From Vibrio vulnificus CMCP6 (lineage in GTDB: Bacteria; Pseudomonadota; Gammaproteobacteria; Enterobacterales; Vibrionaceae): a stretch of 32,000 bases of DNA. Each line of letters opens with the position of its first letter. The stretch's first letter is position 1. The notes under the pieces were generated by a model. That model was not told the origin of the DNA and ran no database searches. It saw only the letters and a list, made by a program, of their open reading frames with translations. Shown here piece by piece: positions 18,245 through 26,713 of the stretch. Location of the stretch: positions 150,001 to 182,000 of the forward strand of contig NC_004460.2 in the NCBI RefSeq assembly GCF_000039765.1, written 5' to 3'. The position numbers and the translations under genes are program-made.

Positions 18245-18257
18245 AAATCAGATTTAT
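18243..18257. promoter_or_regulatory. candidate LysR-type operator (dyad ATAAAT-N3-ATTTAT, contains T-N11-A)
   Basis: Perfect 6-3-6 inverted repeat ATAAATCAGATTTAT abutting the LysR start codon. Its centre is 117 nt upstream of the sulfatase ATG at 18367 and about 65 nt upstream of the TSS implied by the putative promoter at 18281-18308. Confidence 0.45.
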
Positions 18258-18280
18258 GTTAAAGCGAATTTTAACTCTAT

Positions 18281-18308
18281 TTATCCGCAAGATAACAATA
18301 TTTATATT
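18281..18308 (+). promoter_or_regulatory. putative sigma70-type promoter of the Ser-type sulfatase/maturase operon
   Basis: TTATCC (18281-18286), a 16-nt spacer, then TATATT (18303-18308). The weak -35 would fit activator dependence. This is pattern matching only. Confidence 0.3.
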
Positions 18309-18366
18309 AATTAAATCTTTGTTTTGTCCAAAACGTGTCAACAACCAGCGGAGTAATGGAGTTTTT

Positions 18367-19884
18367 ATGCCCAACAGTAAGAAAAATCTCAGCAAGACAT
18401 TCGTGTTGAATGCTTGTGCTCTCGCGGTCGGTACAGCCTCTGCCGCCGCATATTCAGCCGAACAACCCAATATTTTGGTTATCTTTGGTGACGATGTCGG
18501 TTATTGGAACCTAAGCGCATACAACGGTGGCATGCTTGCGTACAGCACGCCAAACATCGACAGCATTGCCAAAGAAGGCGCCAAATTCACTAACTTTTAT
18601 GCACAGCAAAGTTCGACAGCAGGTCGTTCTGCGTTTATCACCGGTCAAATGCCTAAGCGCACTGGGTTATCTAAAGTGGGGCTGCCAGGCGCACCGCAAG
18701 GTATCTCAGAAAAAGATCCAACCATCGCCACTATGCTCAAACAACTCGGTTATGCGACAGGCCAGTTTGGTAAAAACCACTTAGGTGACCGCGATGAACA
18801 TCTGCCAACCAATCACGGGTTTGATGAGTTCTTTGGCAACTTGTACCACTTGAATGCAGAAGAAGAACCTGAAAATGTCGACTACCCGAAAAATCCTGAG
18901 TTCAAGAAAAAATTTGGCCCGCGTGGTGTGATTCACTCCTACGCAGATGGAAAGATCGAAGACACAGGGCCACTGACGCGCAAGCGTATGGAAACGGTGG
19001 ATGACGAATTCCTCGAAGCGGCAGAGCAGTTTATCGAAAAACAAGTAAAAGCAGATAAACCGTTCTTTACTTGGTTCAATACCACACGTATGCACAACTT
19101 CACCCATGTACCAGAAGCGTATCAAGGCAAAACGGGTGCGGGGTTTTACGCAGATGGGGTCAAGCAGCATGACGATCAAATTGGCCACCTACTGAATAAA
19201 ATCAAAGAGCTGGGTGTCGATGACAACACCATCATCGTATACACCACTGATAATGGGCCGATGATCAACTTGTGGCCGGATGCGGGCATGACGCCATTCC
19301 GCAGTGAAAAAAATACCGGTTGGGAAGGTGGCTTCCGCGTTCCTGCGCTCATCAAATGGCCGGGCCAAATCAAAGCTGGAGAAACCTTCAATGGCATGAT
19401 GTCTCTTGAGGACTTCTTCCCAACACTTGTGGCAGCGGCAGGCAACAGCAAGGTCAAAGACGAACTGCTTAAAGGCAAAAAAGTCGACAATGTCAGCTAC
19501 AAGGTGCATTTGGATGGTTACAACCAATTGCCTTACCTTACGGGTAAAACCGACCAATCCGCACGCAATGAGTTCGTTTATTGGAGTGATGATGGGGATC
19601 TGTTGGCACTGCGCTACGGCAAATACAAATACCACTTCATGATCCAAGAGAATGAAACTGGTCTCGCGATTTGGCAAAAGCCTTTCACCAAACTGCGTGT
19701 ACCTAAGATATTCGACTTGAGTATCGACCCGTTCGAACGTGGAGACACAGGTATGGGATATGACACTTGGATGTATGAACGCTCATTCCTCATGATGCCA
19801 GCCATTGAGAAAGTTCAAGAAGTCATGGGAACATTCAAAGCGTACCCACCTCGCATGGCACCGGGTTCGTTTGTACCCAAATAA
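18367..19884 (+). CDS. secreted arylsulfatase-family sulfatase, Ser-type (fGly motif S-S-T-A-G-R)
   Basis: I place the start at ATG 18367 (GGAG SD at 18358-18361); the ORF-track start at 18256 runs through the operator region. Signal peptide ...AVGTASAAAYSA-EQP. Blocks present: FGDDVGYWN, AQQSSTAGRSAFITGQ (Ser codon TCG at 18613-18615 in the position of the paralog's Cys), FGKNHLGD, LPTNHGFDEFFGNLYHLNAEEEPE, TDNG. Confidence 0.9.
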   Translation: MPNSKKNLSKTFVLNACALAVGTASAAAYSAEQPNILVIFGDDVGYWNLSAYNGGMLAYSTPNIDSIAKEGAKFTNFYAQQSSTAGRSAFITGQMPKRTGLSKVGLPGAPQGISEKDPTIATMLKQLGYATGQFGKNHLGDRDEHLPTNHGFDEFFGNLYHLNAEEEPENVDYPKNPEFKKKFGPRGVIHSYADGKIEDTGPLTRKRMETVDDEFLEAAEQFIEKQVKADKPFFTWFNTTRMHNFTHVPEAYQGKTGAGFYADGVKQHDDQIGHLLNKIKELGVDDNTIIVYTTDNGPMINLWPDAGMTPFRSEKNTGWEGGFRVPALIKWPGQIKAGETFNGMMSLEDFFPTLVAAAGNSKVKDELLKGKKVDNVSYKVHLDGYNQLPYLTGKTDQSARNEFVYWSDDGDLLALRYGKYKYHFMIQENETGLAIWQKPFTKLRVPKIFDLSIDPFERGDTGMGYDTWMYERSFLMMPAIEKVQEVMGTFKAYPPRMAPGSFVPK

Positions 19885-19896
19885 CCCTGTCTAACC

Positions 19897-19926
19897 GATA
19901 GCCTCTTTGGAAAAAGAGAGGCTATC
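19897..19926 (+). promoter_or_regulatory. intercistronic stem-loop between sulfatase and maturase genes (attenuator or mRNA-stability element)
   Basis: A 10-bp perfect stem GATAGCCTCT (19897-19906) / AGAGGCTATC (19917-19926), extendable by two pairs. It is followed by TCTTCTTCATTT, which is pyrimidine-rich but not a clean U tract. Confidence 0.5.
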
Positions 19927-19980
19927 TCTTCTTCATTTATCGTCTTGCCCATACTCAGACAGCAGAAAAGAGACATACTG

Positions 19981-21285
19981 ATGCAAAAAGTCACTCCTCG
20001 TCATTCAACTGCGATGCCTATTGTGCCCTTGAAAACCGCGGCGAAGCCCGAAGCCAATCAAAGTTATCAACGTCGTTTTCATGTGATGGCGAAACCCGGC
20101 GGTGCCAAATGCAATATTGATTGCCAGTATTGTTTCTATCTTCATAAAGAAGCGTTGCTGCATCAAAAGAAACAGCCTCAGATGAGTGAGGATCTGCTTG
20201 AAAGGTTTATCAAAAGTTATATAGACAGCCAAGATGGCGATGAAATCGTGTTTTCATGGCAAGGTGGAGAGCCGACACTGCTCGGTCTCGACTACTTTCG
20301 CAAAGTGGTTGAACTGCAGAAAAAATATCGGCCAGTTGGAGTTCGCATAGAAAATGATCTGCAAACAAATGGCATTTTGCTCAATGATGAGTGGTGTCAG
20401 TTTCTAGCCGAACACCAATTTCTTGTGGGGCTGTCGATCGATGGTCCGCGCGAAATTCATGACAAATACCGCCGAACACGAAGCGGAAAACCCACCTTTG
20501 ATTTGGTGATGAAATCGGTTGAAACGCTCAAAAAATACGGGGTGAAGTTTAACGCTTTGGTCGCGGTGAATCGCCACAATGCTCAGTACCCACGTGAGGT
20601 CTATCGTTTTCTTACCCAGGAGTTGGGTGCCACTTATCTCCAATTTACACCCGTTGTCGAAGCGAATGGTTTTCAAACCACAGCGCCGCAATTTTGGAAT
20701 GAACAGATGATCCCTGTCGTGGGCAGTGAACTGGCCAAGCCTGGGCATCCTATGTCTGTGGTCACGGATTGGTCCGTGGACCCGCAGCAGTGGGGAGAAT
20801 TTCTTATTGCAACCTTTGAAGAGTGGGTGAATAACGATTTAGGGCGCGTCCTCGTTAATCTATTTGAAACCGCCGTTGCGCAGGTGATGGGATTGCCTTC
20901 GCAACTTTGCGTGACATCAGAGTTCTGCGGCAAAGGCTTGGCGATAGAACACAATGGTGACGTGTTCAGTTGCGATCACTATGTGTATCCCGAATACAAA
21001 CTGGCCAATATTCAGCAGTATGATTTGAGTGAGCTGGCCATGTCAACGCGTCAGTACACCTTTGGTATGGCCAAAAGAGAGTCGCTGCCGAGCTATTGTC
21101 TGCAATGCCCTTATCTTCAATATTGTTGGGGTGAATGTCCTAAGAATCGCTTGATCAAATCCCCTGACGGTGAAGTTGGATTGAACTACCTGTGTCCGGG
21201 CATCAAAGCCTTTTTTGATTATGCCTTGCCAATGTTGGTTGGCATTACTCAAATCCTCAAAGCCCCTAATGACCGGCGTGAATAG
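19981..21285 (+). CDS. aslB: anaerobic sulfatase-maturating enzyme (radical SAM / SPASM, AslB/AtsB family)
   Basis: FHVMAKPGGAKCNIDCQYCFY carries the CxxxCxxC cluster. WQGGEPTL and FLVGLSIDGP are present. C-terminal SPASM cysteine clusters: CGKGLAIEHNGDVFSCDHYVYP and CLQCPYLQYCWGECPKNR. It is collinear with E. coli AslB as I remember it. The start is uncertain: ATG 19981, ATG 20014 or TTG 19945. Confidence 0.9.
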   Translation: MQKVTPRHSTAMPIVPLKTAAKPEANQSYQRRFHVMAKPGGAKCNIDCQYCFYLHKEALLHQKKQPQMSEDLLERFIKSYIDSQDGDEIVFSWQGGEPTLLGLDYFRKVVELQKKYRPVGVRIENDLQTNGILLNDEWCQFLAEHQFLVGLSIDGPREIHDKYRRTRSGKPTFDLVMKSVETLKKYGVKFNALVAVNRHNAQYPREVYRFLTQELGATYLQFTPVVEANGFQTTAPQFWNEQMIPVVGSELAKPGHPMSVVTDWSVDPQQWGEFLIATFEEWVNNDLGRVLVNLFETAVAQVMGLPSQLCVTSEFCGKGLAIEHNGDVFSCDHYVYPEYKLANIQQYDLSELAMSTRQYTFGMAKRESLPSYCLQCPYLQYCWGECPKNRLIKSPDGEVGLNYLCPGIKAFFDYALPMLVGITQILKAPNDRRE

Positions 21286-21390
21286 CAGCGCGCCGCAAGG
21301 GGCATATAGACGTTATAACCTTTAGTTATTCAAATTGTTTTTATACTGATTTCAATCTCTTCCTTTCGTTTACAAAACCGGAAAACGCCG

Positions 21391-22374
21391 ATGAATCACG
21401 CACAGAAAGCCATCAATCTACTCATTCAACAAACGGAAAAAAGCGTCATTGGCCAAAGGCATGTGGTTGAGGCGTTGGTGATTGGATTGCTGACCAACGG
21501 CCATGTGTTGCTTGAAGGATTGCCCGGCACCGCCAAAACGCGATCGGTGAAATCGCTGGCGAAGCGGCTTAACACCAGCTTTGGCCGCATCCAATTTACG
21601 CCAGATTTGCTGCCTTCCGATGTGACGGGCACAGAAGTGTACCAAGAGCGCGAGGGTAAGCCTCAGCTCCATTTTCAAGCGGGGCCAATTTTCAACAGCA
21701 TTGTACTGGCCGATGAAGTGAACCGAGCACCGGCGAAAGTCCAAGCAGCGCTGCTGGAGGCGATGGCAGAGGGCACGATAACGGTAGGGGACAAAACGCA
21801 TCAACTGCCAGAGCTCTTTATGGTGCTTGCCACGCAAAACCCCGTTGAGCAAGAAGGGACGTATCCTCTCCCAGAAGCGCAAATGGACCGCTTCATGATG
21901 AAAGTCACGGTGGACTACCCAGAAGATGAGGCTGAGCGAGACATTATTCGTTTGGTTCGCAGCGAAGAGATGGGAGAGAAAGAAGTCGGTGGTGATCAAG
22001 TCATGCAACCGATTGACCCCAACACAGTGTTAGAAGCCCGTCGACAATTGCCAACCATCGCGGTGTCTGAATTGGTCGAAAACTACATTGTGGCACTGGT
22101 GATGGCGACGCGTAAACCAGAGCGCTATGCCGATTCTGCCTTATCAAAGTGGATTGAAGTGGGGGCGAGCCCTCGTGCTTCCATCGCGCTGGATAAGTGC
22201 GCTCGTGCCTATGCTTGGTTGCAAGGACGTGACCACGTCACACCTGATGATGTACGTGCAATGGTGCCATGCGTGCTAGGGCATCGTTTTTCACTTTCCT
22301 ATGACGCGATTGCCGATGGTGTTGATCATCAAGCGGTGGTGCAAGCGCTGCTTGATTGTGTCGAAATCGGATAG
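21391..22374 (+). CDS. moxR: MoxR-family AAA+ ATPase
   Basis: Walker A GLPGTAKT, Walker B VLADEVNRAP. Typical MoxR blocks present: RIQFTPDLLPSDVTG, FMVLATQNP.EQEGTYPLPEAQ.DRF, GASPRA. Confidence 0.92.
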   Translation: MNHAQKAINLLIQQTEKSVIGQRHVVEALVIGLLTNGHVLLEGLPGTAKTRSVKSLAKRLNTSFGRIQFTPDLLPSDVTGTEVYQEREGKPQLHFQAGPIFNSIVLADEVNRAPAKVQAALLEAMAEGTITVGDKTHQLPELFMVLATQNPVEQEGTYPLPEAQMDRFMMKVTVDYPEDEAERDIIRLVRSEEMGEKEVGGDQVMQPIDPNTVLEARRQLPTIAVSELVENYIVALVMATRKPERYADSALSKWIEVGASPRASIALDKCARAYAWLQGRDHVTPDDVRAMVPCVLGHRFSLSYDAIADGVDHQAVVQALLDCVEIG

Positions 22375-22385
22375 GGGGAACCAGT

Positions 22386-23348
22386 ATGGTCAAGCCAACG
22401 ATCGCCCCTCAGCCTCAAGGACTCGACCCTCGAGTCTACTGTGACTACGCAAGGCTTGTTCGTTTGCAAGCACAAGCCGACGGCTTTAGCTTGCTGCCGC
22501 ATCTTAGGGCTGGCAGCGTGCTCTCTGGGCGGCACCGCTCCTTGTTTCGGGGACGAGGTTTAAACTTTGAAGAGCTGCGCCATTATCAGCTTGGTGACGA
22601 CATCCGTAATCTCGACTGGAAAGTCACGTTGCGTACCGGAAAGCCCCACGTGCGTCGTTATACGGAAGAAAAAGATCGCAATGTGTTGGTGTGCGTCGAT
22701 CAGCGTAGCGGAATGTTCTTTGCCTCGACCGAGATAATGAAATCGGTGGTGGCGGCGGAAATTGCTGCGATGTGCGCTTGGCGAGCATTGAAAGATGGTG
22801 ATCGTGTCGGCTTTGTCATTGCATCGCATCAAGAGTTGTACTTCAGCAAAGTGAAGCGCGCGCAAAATGATTTGTTAGCGCAGCTAAAGCGTTTAGCGCA
22901 GACAAATCAGAGCCTCAACGTTGAGTCCACGGATTCCACCTCGGTCTCATTTGGTCATTGGCTTGAGCTGATCAAACGCGTCAAGCCAAGGCATTCGACC
23001 CTCATTTTTATCAGTGATTGGCGTGACTGTGAAACTCATCATCTTGACCATTTAAAGCAACTCCAGCAGCACAACGATATTCTCGTTGTGATGGTGGGGG
23101 ATCCACTTGAACAATCTCTGCCACCAGAGCTTGCTCGCATTAACTGGGTGATTGGTGATGGACGCTATCAACTGAACATGGATAGCAAAGCCAAAGTCGA
23201 CACAGCCAGTGTCAGCTTGGCGGAAAAGTCACAACAGCAGCGGCAGTCGCTCGCACAACTCATGGCGATGAAAAACTTGCCCCACATAGAACTGGACACC
23301 AGAGGCGAGCACATTGCGCACTTCCAAAAATGGGTAGGAGGGCGATAG
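22386..23348 (+). CDS. DUF58 domain protein (MoxR-associated, VWA-like)
   Basis: Characteristic block ELRHYQLGDDIRNLDWKVTLRTGKPHVRRYTEEKDRNVLVCVDQRSGMFF. ATG 22386 is preceded by GGGGGA. The ORF-track start at 22356 would overlap moxR by 19 nt. Confidence 0.85.
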   Translation: MVKPTIAPQPQGLDPRVYCDYARLVRLQAQADGFSLLPHLRAGSVLSGRHRSLFRGRGLNFEELRHYQLGDDIRNLDWKVTLRTGKPHVRRYTEEKDRNVLVCVDQRSGMFFASTEIMKSVVAAEIAAMCAWRALKDGDRVGFVIASHQELYFSKVKRAQNDLLAQLKRLAQTNQSLNVESTDSTSVSFGHWLELIKRVKPRHSTLIFISDWRDCETHHLDHLKQLQQHNDILVVMVGDPLEQSLPPELARINWVIGDGRYQLNMDSKAKVDTASVSLAEKSQQQRQSLAQLMAMKNLPHIELDTRGEHIAHFQKWVGGR

Positions 23349-23900
23349 ATGACGATTCAACATACACCACCAAGTACCTATATTCTGCGTGAATTGCACG
23401 ATGTGGCGGTGCCCGAGAGTGTCAGTTGGTTACCACAAACGGTGGGTTGGAAAGTGTTGGCCATCATTGGTGGCATGGTGCTGCTCTACATTGGTTATCG
23501 ATACGCGCGTTTTCGTTGGGATAACCGATATCGCGCCGAAGCTTTGCAGGCAATCGTGCCGTTAGATCCAAAAGATCCTGCCATGACGAGCGAGCTATTT
23601 TCGATTGTAAAACAGGTATTGATCTACCACGACAACTGCTATGCACGCCTGTTTGGCGATGCATTTTTGGCTGCGCTGAATCAGCTTATGCCAACACAAC
23701 CCCTTTTTGACGATGAGTTAGCAATAAAGTGGGTGCAAAGCACCGTGAACCCGAATGTGCCTTTGAATGAATCAGAACGAGCAACACTGAAAGAGCGTGT
23801 GGCACTTTGGGTCAAATCTCATCAAGAGAAGGCGTCCAGTGTTGAACAACGCAGAGCGTTGTCTTCATGCCAATGGTTAAAAGGGCGGCGTCATGGTTGA
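23349..23900 (+). CDS. DUF4381-like single-pass membrane protein of Bat-type operons
   Basis: The ATG directly abuts the upstream TAG (gaTAGATGacg), with GGAGGG as SD. Pattern P..VSWLPQTVGW, then a TM helix (VLAIIGGMVLLYIGY), then RYARFRWDNRYRAEAL, which is typical for this family. Confidence 0.7.
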   Translation: MTIQHTPPSTYILRELHDVAVPESVSWLPQTVGWKVLAIIGGMVLLYIGYRYARFRWDNRYRAEALQAIVPLDPKDPAMTSELFSIVKQVLIYHDNCYARLFGDAFLAALNQLMPTQPLFDDELAIKWVQSTVNPNVPLNESERATLKERVALWVKSHQEKASSVEQRRALSSCQWLKGRRHG

Positions 23901-24981
23901 TTATCTATCGTCAATGTTGAGCTTTCTTCATCTCGAGTTTGACTCTCCGCTGTGGTTTCTGGCGTTACCGCTGCCATTGGTGGTTTATTACTTTGTGCCA
24001 GCGTACCGCACCAAACAAACCGCCATTAAGGTGCCATTCTTTCATCAGTTGGTGGAAGCCATGGGGGAAACGCCCTCAGAAGGCGCCAGCCAGTTAACAC
24101 CCAGTGGTTGGCAACGTGCCACCTTAGTCTTGTCTTGGTTACTGGTGGTCAGTGCGCTTGCCAAACCGACCATTTTGGGCGCGCCGCAAATACGCGAAAG
24201 TTTGGGCCGTGATGTCATGGTGGTGGTTGATCTTTCTGGCTCTATGGCTGAGCAGGATTTTACCAGTGCGTCGGGTGCAAAAATTTCTCGTCTTGATGCC
24301 ACCAAAGAGGTACTGGCGGATTTTGCTAAAACCAGACAGGGGGATCGTCTTGGTCTGATTTTGTTTGGCGATGCTGCCTTTGTGCAAACGCCGTTCACCG
24401 CGGATCAAAAAGTATGGTTAGCGCTGCTCAACCAAACCGATGTTGCAATGGCGGGGCAGAGTACGCATTTGGGCGATGCCATTGGTTTGGCCATCAAGGT
24501 GTTTGAGCAAAGTGAACCAAGCCAAGCGGCCTTTTCAAAGCCCCGGCAAAAAGTGGCGATCGTGCTCACGGATGGCAATGACACCGGAAGCTTTGTTGAA
24601 CCGATAGACGCGGCCAAGGTGGCCAAAGCAAAAGGGGTCAGAATTCATGTGATTGCGATGGGCGATCCCAGTACGGTTGGGGAAAGTGCACTCGACCTGC
24701 AAACGATCGAACGCATTGCCAGTGAATCTGGCGGCAAAGCATTTCAAGCTTTGAACCGCGACGAGTTGGCTAGCGCATACGATGATATCGGTAAACTCGA
24801 GCCTCAGTTGTACCAAAGCATCACCTACCGCCCTAAGCAGAGCTTGCATCATGGATTAATGGGTATCGTGGTGGGCCTCTATCTCGTTGCGTTTAGTGTG
24901 GTGACGTTGAAGCGACGGATACGCAACGCGAAGATCAAAGCAACGACGGTGGAAAATGAACAGGGGGAACACCATGCTTGA
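23893..24981 (+). CDS. batA: VWA-domain membrane protein, BatA-like
   Basis: The start overlaps the upstream stop (ATGGTTGA). N-terminal TM helices, MIDAS motif VVVDLSGSM, TDGNDT, and a C-terminal TM anchor. Confidence 0.85.
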   Translation: MVDYLSSMLSFLHLEFDSPLWFLALPLPLVVYYFVPAYRTKQTAIKVPFFHQLVEAMGETPSEGASQLTPSGWQRATLVLSWLLVVSALAKPTILGAPQIRESLGRDVMVVVDLSGSMAEQDFTSASGAKISRLDATKEVLADFAKTRQGDRLGLILFGDAAFVQTPFTADQKVWLALLNQTDVAMAGQSTHLGDAIGLAIKVFEQSEPSQAAFSKPRQKVAIVLTDGNDTGSFVEPIDAAKVAKAKGVRIHVIAMGDPSTVGESALDLQTIERIASESGGKAFQALNRDELASAYDDIGKLEPQLYQSITYRPKQSLHHGLMGIVVGLYLVAFSVVTLKRRIRNAKIKATTVENEQGEHHA

Positions 24982-26713
24982 TACCTCTTTATTCGGCATG
25001 ACAGTGACGCCGTTTTTCTCTCAGTTTCACTTCCTCCGACCGGAATGGTTATTGGCGTTTGTGCCGATGTTACTACTGTTATGGATGAGGTGGCGGGAGG
25101 ATAGTGTTCCGAGTTGGAAAGCCATTTTGCCAACGCATTTACGCCAAGTGTTAACGATAGGTGAGCACGGCTGGCGCAAACAGCTGCCACTCAAGTTATT
25201 GGTGGTCAATGTCACTTTAGCAATTATTATTTGTGCAGGCCCTACTTGGCAGCGCCAAGCCTCACCATTTGGTGAAGACAAAGCCACCCTACTGGTGATA
25301 TTGGATAACAGCGACTCGATGCTACAAAATGATCTTCCTCCCAGTCGCTTAGCTCGCTCAAAACAGAAAATTCGCGATTTGTTAGTCGCAAGAAAAGGAG
25401 GCAGCACGGGGTTAGTGGTGTTTGCTGGCTCTGCGCATGTTGCAATGCCCGTAACGCAAGACAGTAAAGTCTTTGACCCGTTTCTAGCGGCAATCACACC
25501 CGAGATTATGCCCATAGAAGGTAAGCTTGCGGAAAAAGCATTGCCTCTGATTGATCAACAACTGCAAGGGCAAGCTGGCTCTAGCGTATTGTTAGTGAGT
25601 GATGGGGTAAATCCGGCCACCATCGACGCATACAAAGCGTATTTTGCAGAAAAACCGTATCAATTGCTGATCTTGGCGGCGGGCAATTCAAATGTTGTGT
25701 CCGACAATCCATTGGATTTAGGTTCACTGAACAAATTGGCTAACGCGACGGGGGGGCGTTTAGTGCAAACCAGTGTCGATAATCGTGATATAGAAACCCT
25801 CAACCGATATGTTGAACGGAATATGCAGCTCAATGGTGACTCGTCGATGCCGTGGCAAGATATGGGTTATCCACTGTTGTTACCCATCGCAATCATTCTG
25901 ATGCTCTGGTTTCGTAAAGGTTGGTTAGTGCAATGGTGCTTGGTGGCTATGGTGTCTACGTCGCTGCTTGCAACGCCTAATGCCATGGCAGAAACCGTTT
26001 CGCTCAGTGTGGAAAAAACAGCTCAGCCACACATGAAGACGATGTGGGATAAGACGGAGCAGTGGTGGTGGGATCTCTGGCTCACTCCTGACCAGCAAGG
26101 TCAACGATGGTGGAACCAAGGGCAATACTTGCAAGCCGCCAAACATTTCAATGATCCATTACGCAAAGGCACGGCCTATTACTACGCCGGAGAATACGCC
26201 TTAGCACACAGCGCGTTTTTAACCATGCAAAACGATCCGTCAGATGAAGCCAAAGACCTCGGACTTTACTATGCAGCCAGCGCGCTGGCTCGCCAGCGAG
26301 AATACTTGGCCGCGCGTAACTTGTTACAGTCACTTGCGGATAAGGAAACCTTGAGCCGCAAGTTAAGAGCTGACGTGGAACACAATCTTCGCGTGATTGG
26401 TGGCATTGTTGAAGAAATCAATCGCACCAGTGCAAGCCAAGCAGGTTCCACGGATGGCCCAGAAGAGTCGATCGAGTTGGGGGATAATCCCCAAACAGCT
26501 GACGGCGTGGACGAGCAAACCGTTGCCGAAATGATGCTTAAAGAAACGTTAAATGCAAACGAGATCTTGGGAAGTGATGCATTAGCAGACAAATGGTTAA
26601 AACGTGTGGAAGCTGACCCCAAATACTTTCTAGCGGCTAAGTTCCAAATTCAATTGCATCAAGGGGCTAAAACAAGTGACACAACGCTTGAGCAACAGGA
26701 GAAAAAGCAATGA
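24974..26713 (+). CDS. batB: VWA + TPR membrane protein, BatB-like (BatC-like TPR region fused)
   Basis: ATG 24974 is preceded by GGGGGA and overlaps the batA stop (ATGCTTGA). MIDAS motif LVILDNSDSM. TM segments are present. The C-terminal TPR-like helices are WWNQGQYLQAAKHF...YYYAGEYALAHSAF...LYYAASALARQREY. Confidence 0.85.
   Translation: MLDTSLFGMTVTPFFSQFHFLRPEWLLAFVPMLLLLWMRWREDSVPSWKAILPTHLRQVLTIGEHGWRKQLPLKLLVVNVTLAIIICAGPTWQRQASPFGEDKATLLVILDNSDSMLQNDLPPSRLARSKQKIRDLLVARKGGSTGLVVFAGSAHVAMPVTQDSKVFDPFLAAITPEIMPIEGKLAEKALPLIDQQLQGQAGSSVLLVSDGVNPATIDAYKAYFAEKPYQLLILAAGNSNVVSDNPLDLGSLNKLANATGGRLVQTSVDNRDIETLNRYVERNMQLNGDSSMPWQDMGYPLLLPIAIILMLWFRKGWLVQWCLVAMVSTSLLATPNAMAETVSLSVEKTAQPHMKTMWDKTEQWWWDLWLTPDQQGQRWWNQGQYLQAAKHFNDPLRKGTAYYYAGEYALAHSAFLTMQNDPSDEAKDLGLYYAASALARQREYLAARNLLQSLADKETLSRKLRADVEHNLRVIGGIVEEINRTSASQAGSTDGPEESIELGDNPQTADGVDEQTVAEMMLKETLNANEILGSDALADKWLKRVEADPKYFLAAKFQIQLHQGAKTSDTTLEQQEKKQ

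Noticed and set aside
21286-21390. A promoter (TATACT near 21343-21348) or a terminator between the maturase and moxR.
   Set aside because: There is no acceptable -35 element at 16-18 bp spacing and no stable GC-rich hairpin with a U tract. I leave it open as possible read-through rather than call either feature.
21418-22008. 196-aa ORF antisense to moxR. Similar antisense ORFs occur inside batA, batB, batD, the sulfatase genes and rnb (for example 25027-25515, 26785-27150, 18781-19677, 16312-16650).
   Set aside because: The sense-strand genes have unambiguous family motifs, whereas the antisense products have none and lack SD sequences.
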